The position numbers and the translations under genes are program-made. Of a stretch of 64,000 nucleotides of DNA, positions 62,468 through 64,000 are shown piece after piece. The stretch is from Anthoceros angustus (Eukaryota > Plantae > Anthocerotophyta): positions 248,001-312,000 of the forward strand of contig VJWM01000203.1 of NCBI GenBank assembly GCA_010909165.1, given 5' to 3'. A model generated the notes under the pieces. It was not told where the DNA came from. It made no database searches and saw nothing but the letters and a program-made list of their open reading frames with translations. Each line of letters begins with the position of its first letter. Within the stretch, counting starts at the first letter, position 1.

Positions 62468-64000
62468 TCACAAGTCTTCACAATCCTCTAAGCTGGTGCA
62501 GTTTGGGTTCCCGGTTGGTCTGGGCCCTGTTGTTTCAGAGTCTGGTATTCCTACAGTCCCTTGAGTAAAAGAGGGACTGACATCACCCTCACCTGGAGTT
62601 GATTGGCACTGGCCCTCGCTACCTGTTTCAAAGCCTTTGGTCAGTGGTCGGGCATGATTCTTCTTGTATCGATGATGGAGCAAGAGATTTTGACTTAAAG
62701 CTCTGCTGACAAATTTCACATGCAAATGCCTGCATGTGATCAAACTCTATGATATGTAACCGCAGCTTCCGCTCAGTTAGACACTCAGCCCCACAGACGG
62801 GGCAGCTGCAACATATCTTTGTCACGTCAACATCTCTGCTAACACCAGCAGCATAATGCTCCTGGACAAGCAACTTGTCGCCCGTCACTTTCACCAGATC
62901 TATTTGAGGCAGCCTTACCAGCCAAAAATCCATGCTGTGATGCACATTCTGTGTGCACCGACCTCAGACCCAACACCAGACGCAGAAGAGACATGCTTAA
63001 GGCACCCATCAGTCTCAATGGAAGGGTCTTCTTTCACTTTCCCCAAAGTGTCACGCTCCTTCTGGATCGCCAGTAAGCGTGCTTCATCCAGGGTCGGGAA
63101 CCAAAACCCCAATGCCGGCAGTCGCATGTAGTCCAGCCTTGGCCAGGAAGAGCAATAGCTTTGCTCCATGGATTGCTAAGGGCCTGATCCACCTCCACTT
63201 CGCATCCTCCATTGATTTTTTTGTGGTGTGGAGTGAAGCCCAGCCTGTACATATATAGAGTTTGGACTTCTCATTCCAACTGTCTTTCTCCAGGCAGTTC
63301 ACCGATGCCTGCAGAATCGTGCATGGGTGAAGGAAGGGTTGAAGCAGTCTAATCGTATGGGTGCAGAAAGGGTAGAAGCAGTCTATTCGTGTGGGTGAAG
63401 CAAGTGAGCCTTCCAGGAAAGGACGAATTCGGGCTACATGTTGCCTGAATTCCGTACACATTTCCTCACCACCACGACTGATGTCCAGTTTAGATCCTAT
63501 GCCATGCGAAGACGAAGAGCATCCGTACAGAGAGCACAGTTCCTATTCGATCCCAGACACAGGCTGAAGCGTGCCAGTTCCCACTGCCTCCGGATCCAGG
63601 AAGCCCGACCCCTTGTCCACAAGCTCCCAAAGCTGATCCCCACATGGACAACTGCCATCAATTGTGTAGCCTAAATATTTCTTGTCGGTTCATGAATTTT
63701 CGTTACAGCCGAGGGGAGCGTTGAGCATCCACTCACTCTGAAGTGAGGTGGAGAACTTGTCAATGAAGGTAGTAAAGTGACAAACCTGCAAAACCTCGGA
63801 GTCCAATCAACCTTCCAGCGCTTGGCAGGAAGTACAGTGCAGTCCTTTGCAGTTATTCAATTCGCATTCAAACATCCTGCAACATTGCAACACCGACAAT
63901 GTTGCAGCAACGAAATCCATTCATGAGAAAGAATGCAGTTATGCCCTTACCATGCAACCACCAGCACGTGCAAGCCTGCTGTACTTCAGTCACGAATTCT
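62468..64000 (-). pseudogene. TORNADO1-like C-terminal region with two C2H2 zinc-finger-like motifs (gene continues beyond the window)
   Basis: GGCEVEVDQ and WIRPLAIHGAKLLLFLAKAGLHATAGIG match ~16900-17040. Then CPVCGAECLTERKLRLHIIEFDH and FACEICQQSFKS/..LLLHHRYKKNH (frameshift). Confidence 0.75.

Overview
This is nuclear DNA from a land plant. The PPR editing-factor types (PG-WW and KP boxes) and the expanded TORNADO1-like genes suggest a non-seed plant such as a hornwort, fern or lycophyte; this is inference. The flanks (1-28 kb and 56.5-64 kb) hold a cluster of frameshifted PLS-class PPR genes interleaved with TORNADO1-like LRR-Roc-COR genes, plus a Tc1/mariner MITE, SDR and B-lectin remnants, a tRNA-Leu(CAA) pseudogene and a CRE-like LINE remnant. 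The centre (28055-56490) is one 28.4-kb CACTA/En-Spm transposon, bounded by CACTACAAG TIRs and an ATG target-site duplication, with an empty-site paralog 1 kb upstream. It carries a Transposase_21 gene and, directly upstream in the same orientation, a SET-domain gene, along with captured PPR, CYP86-clan P450 and COP1 fragments and many tandem arrays. The best candidates for undescribed biology are the transposon-borne SET-domain methyltransferase, OSB-type PDF ssDNA-binding motifs fused to the N-termini of PPR editing factors, and a C2H2-finger extension on a Roc-COR protein. Almost every gene has 1-bp indels and there are many 0.7-1.9 kb microhomology-bounded tandem duplications, so assembly error cannot be told apart from real decay without reads. 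Coordinates of degenerate features are approximate.
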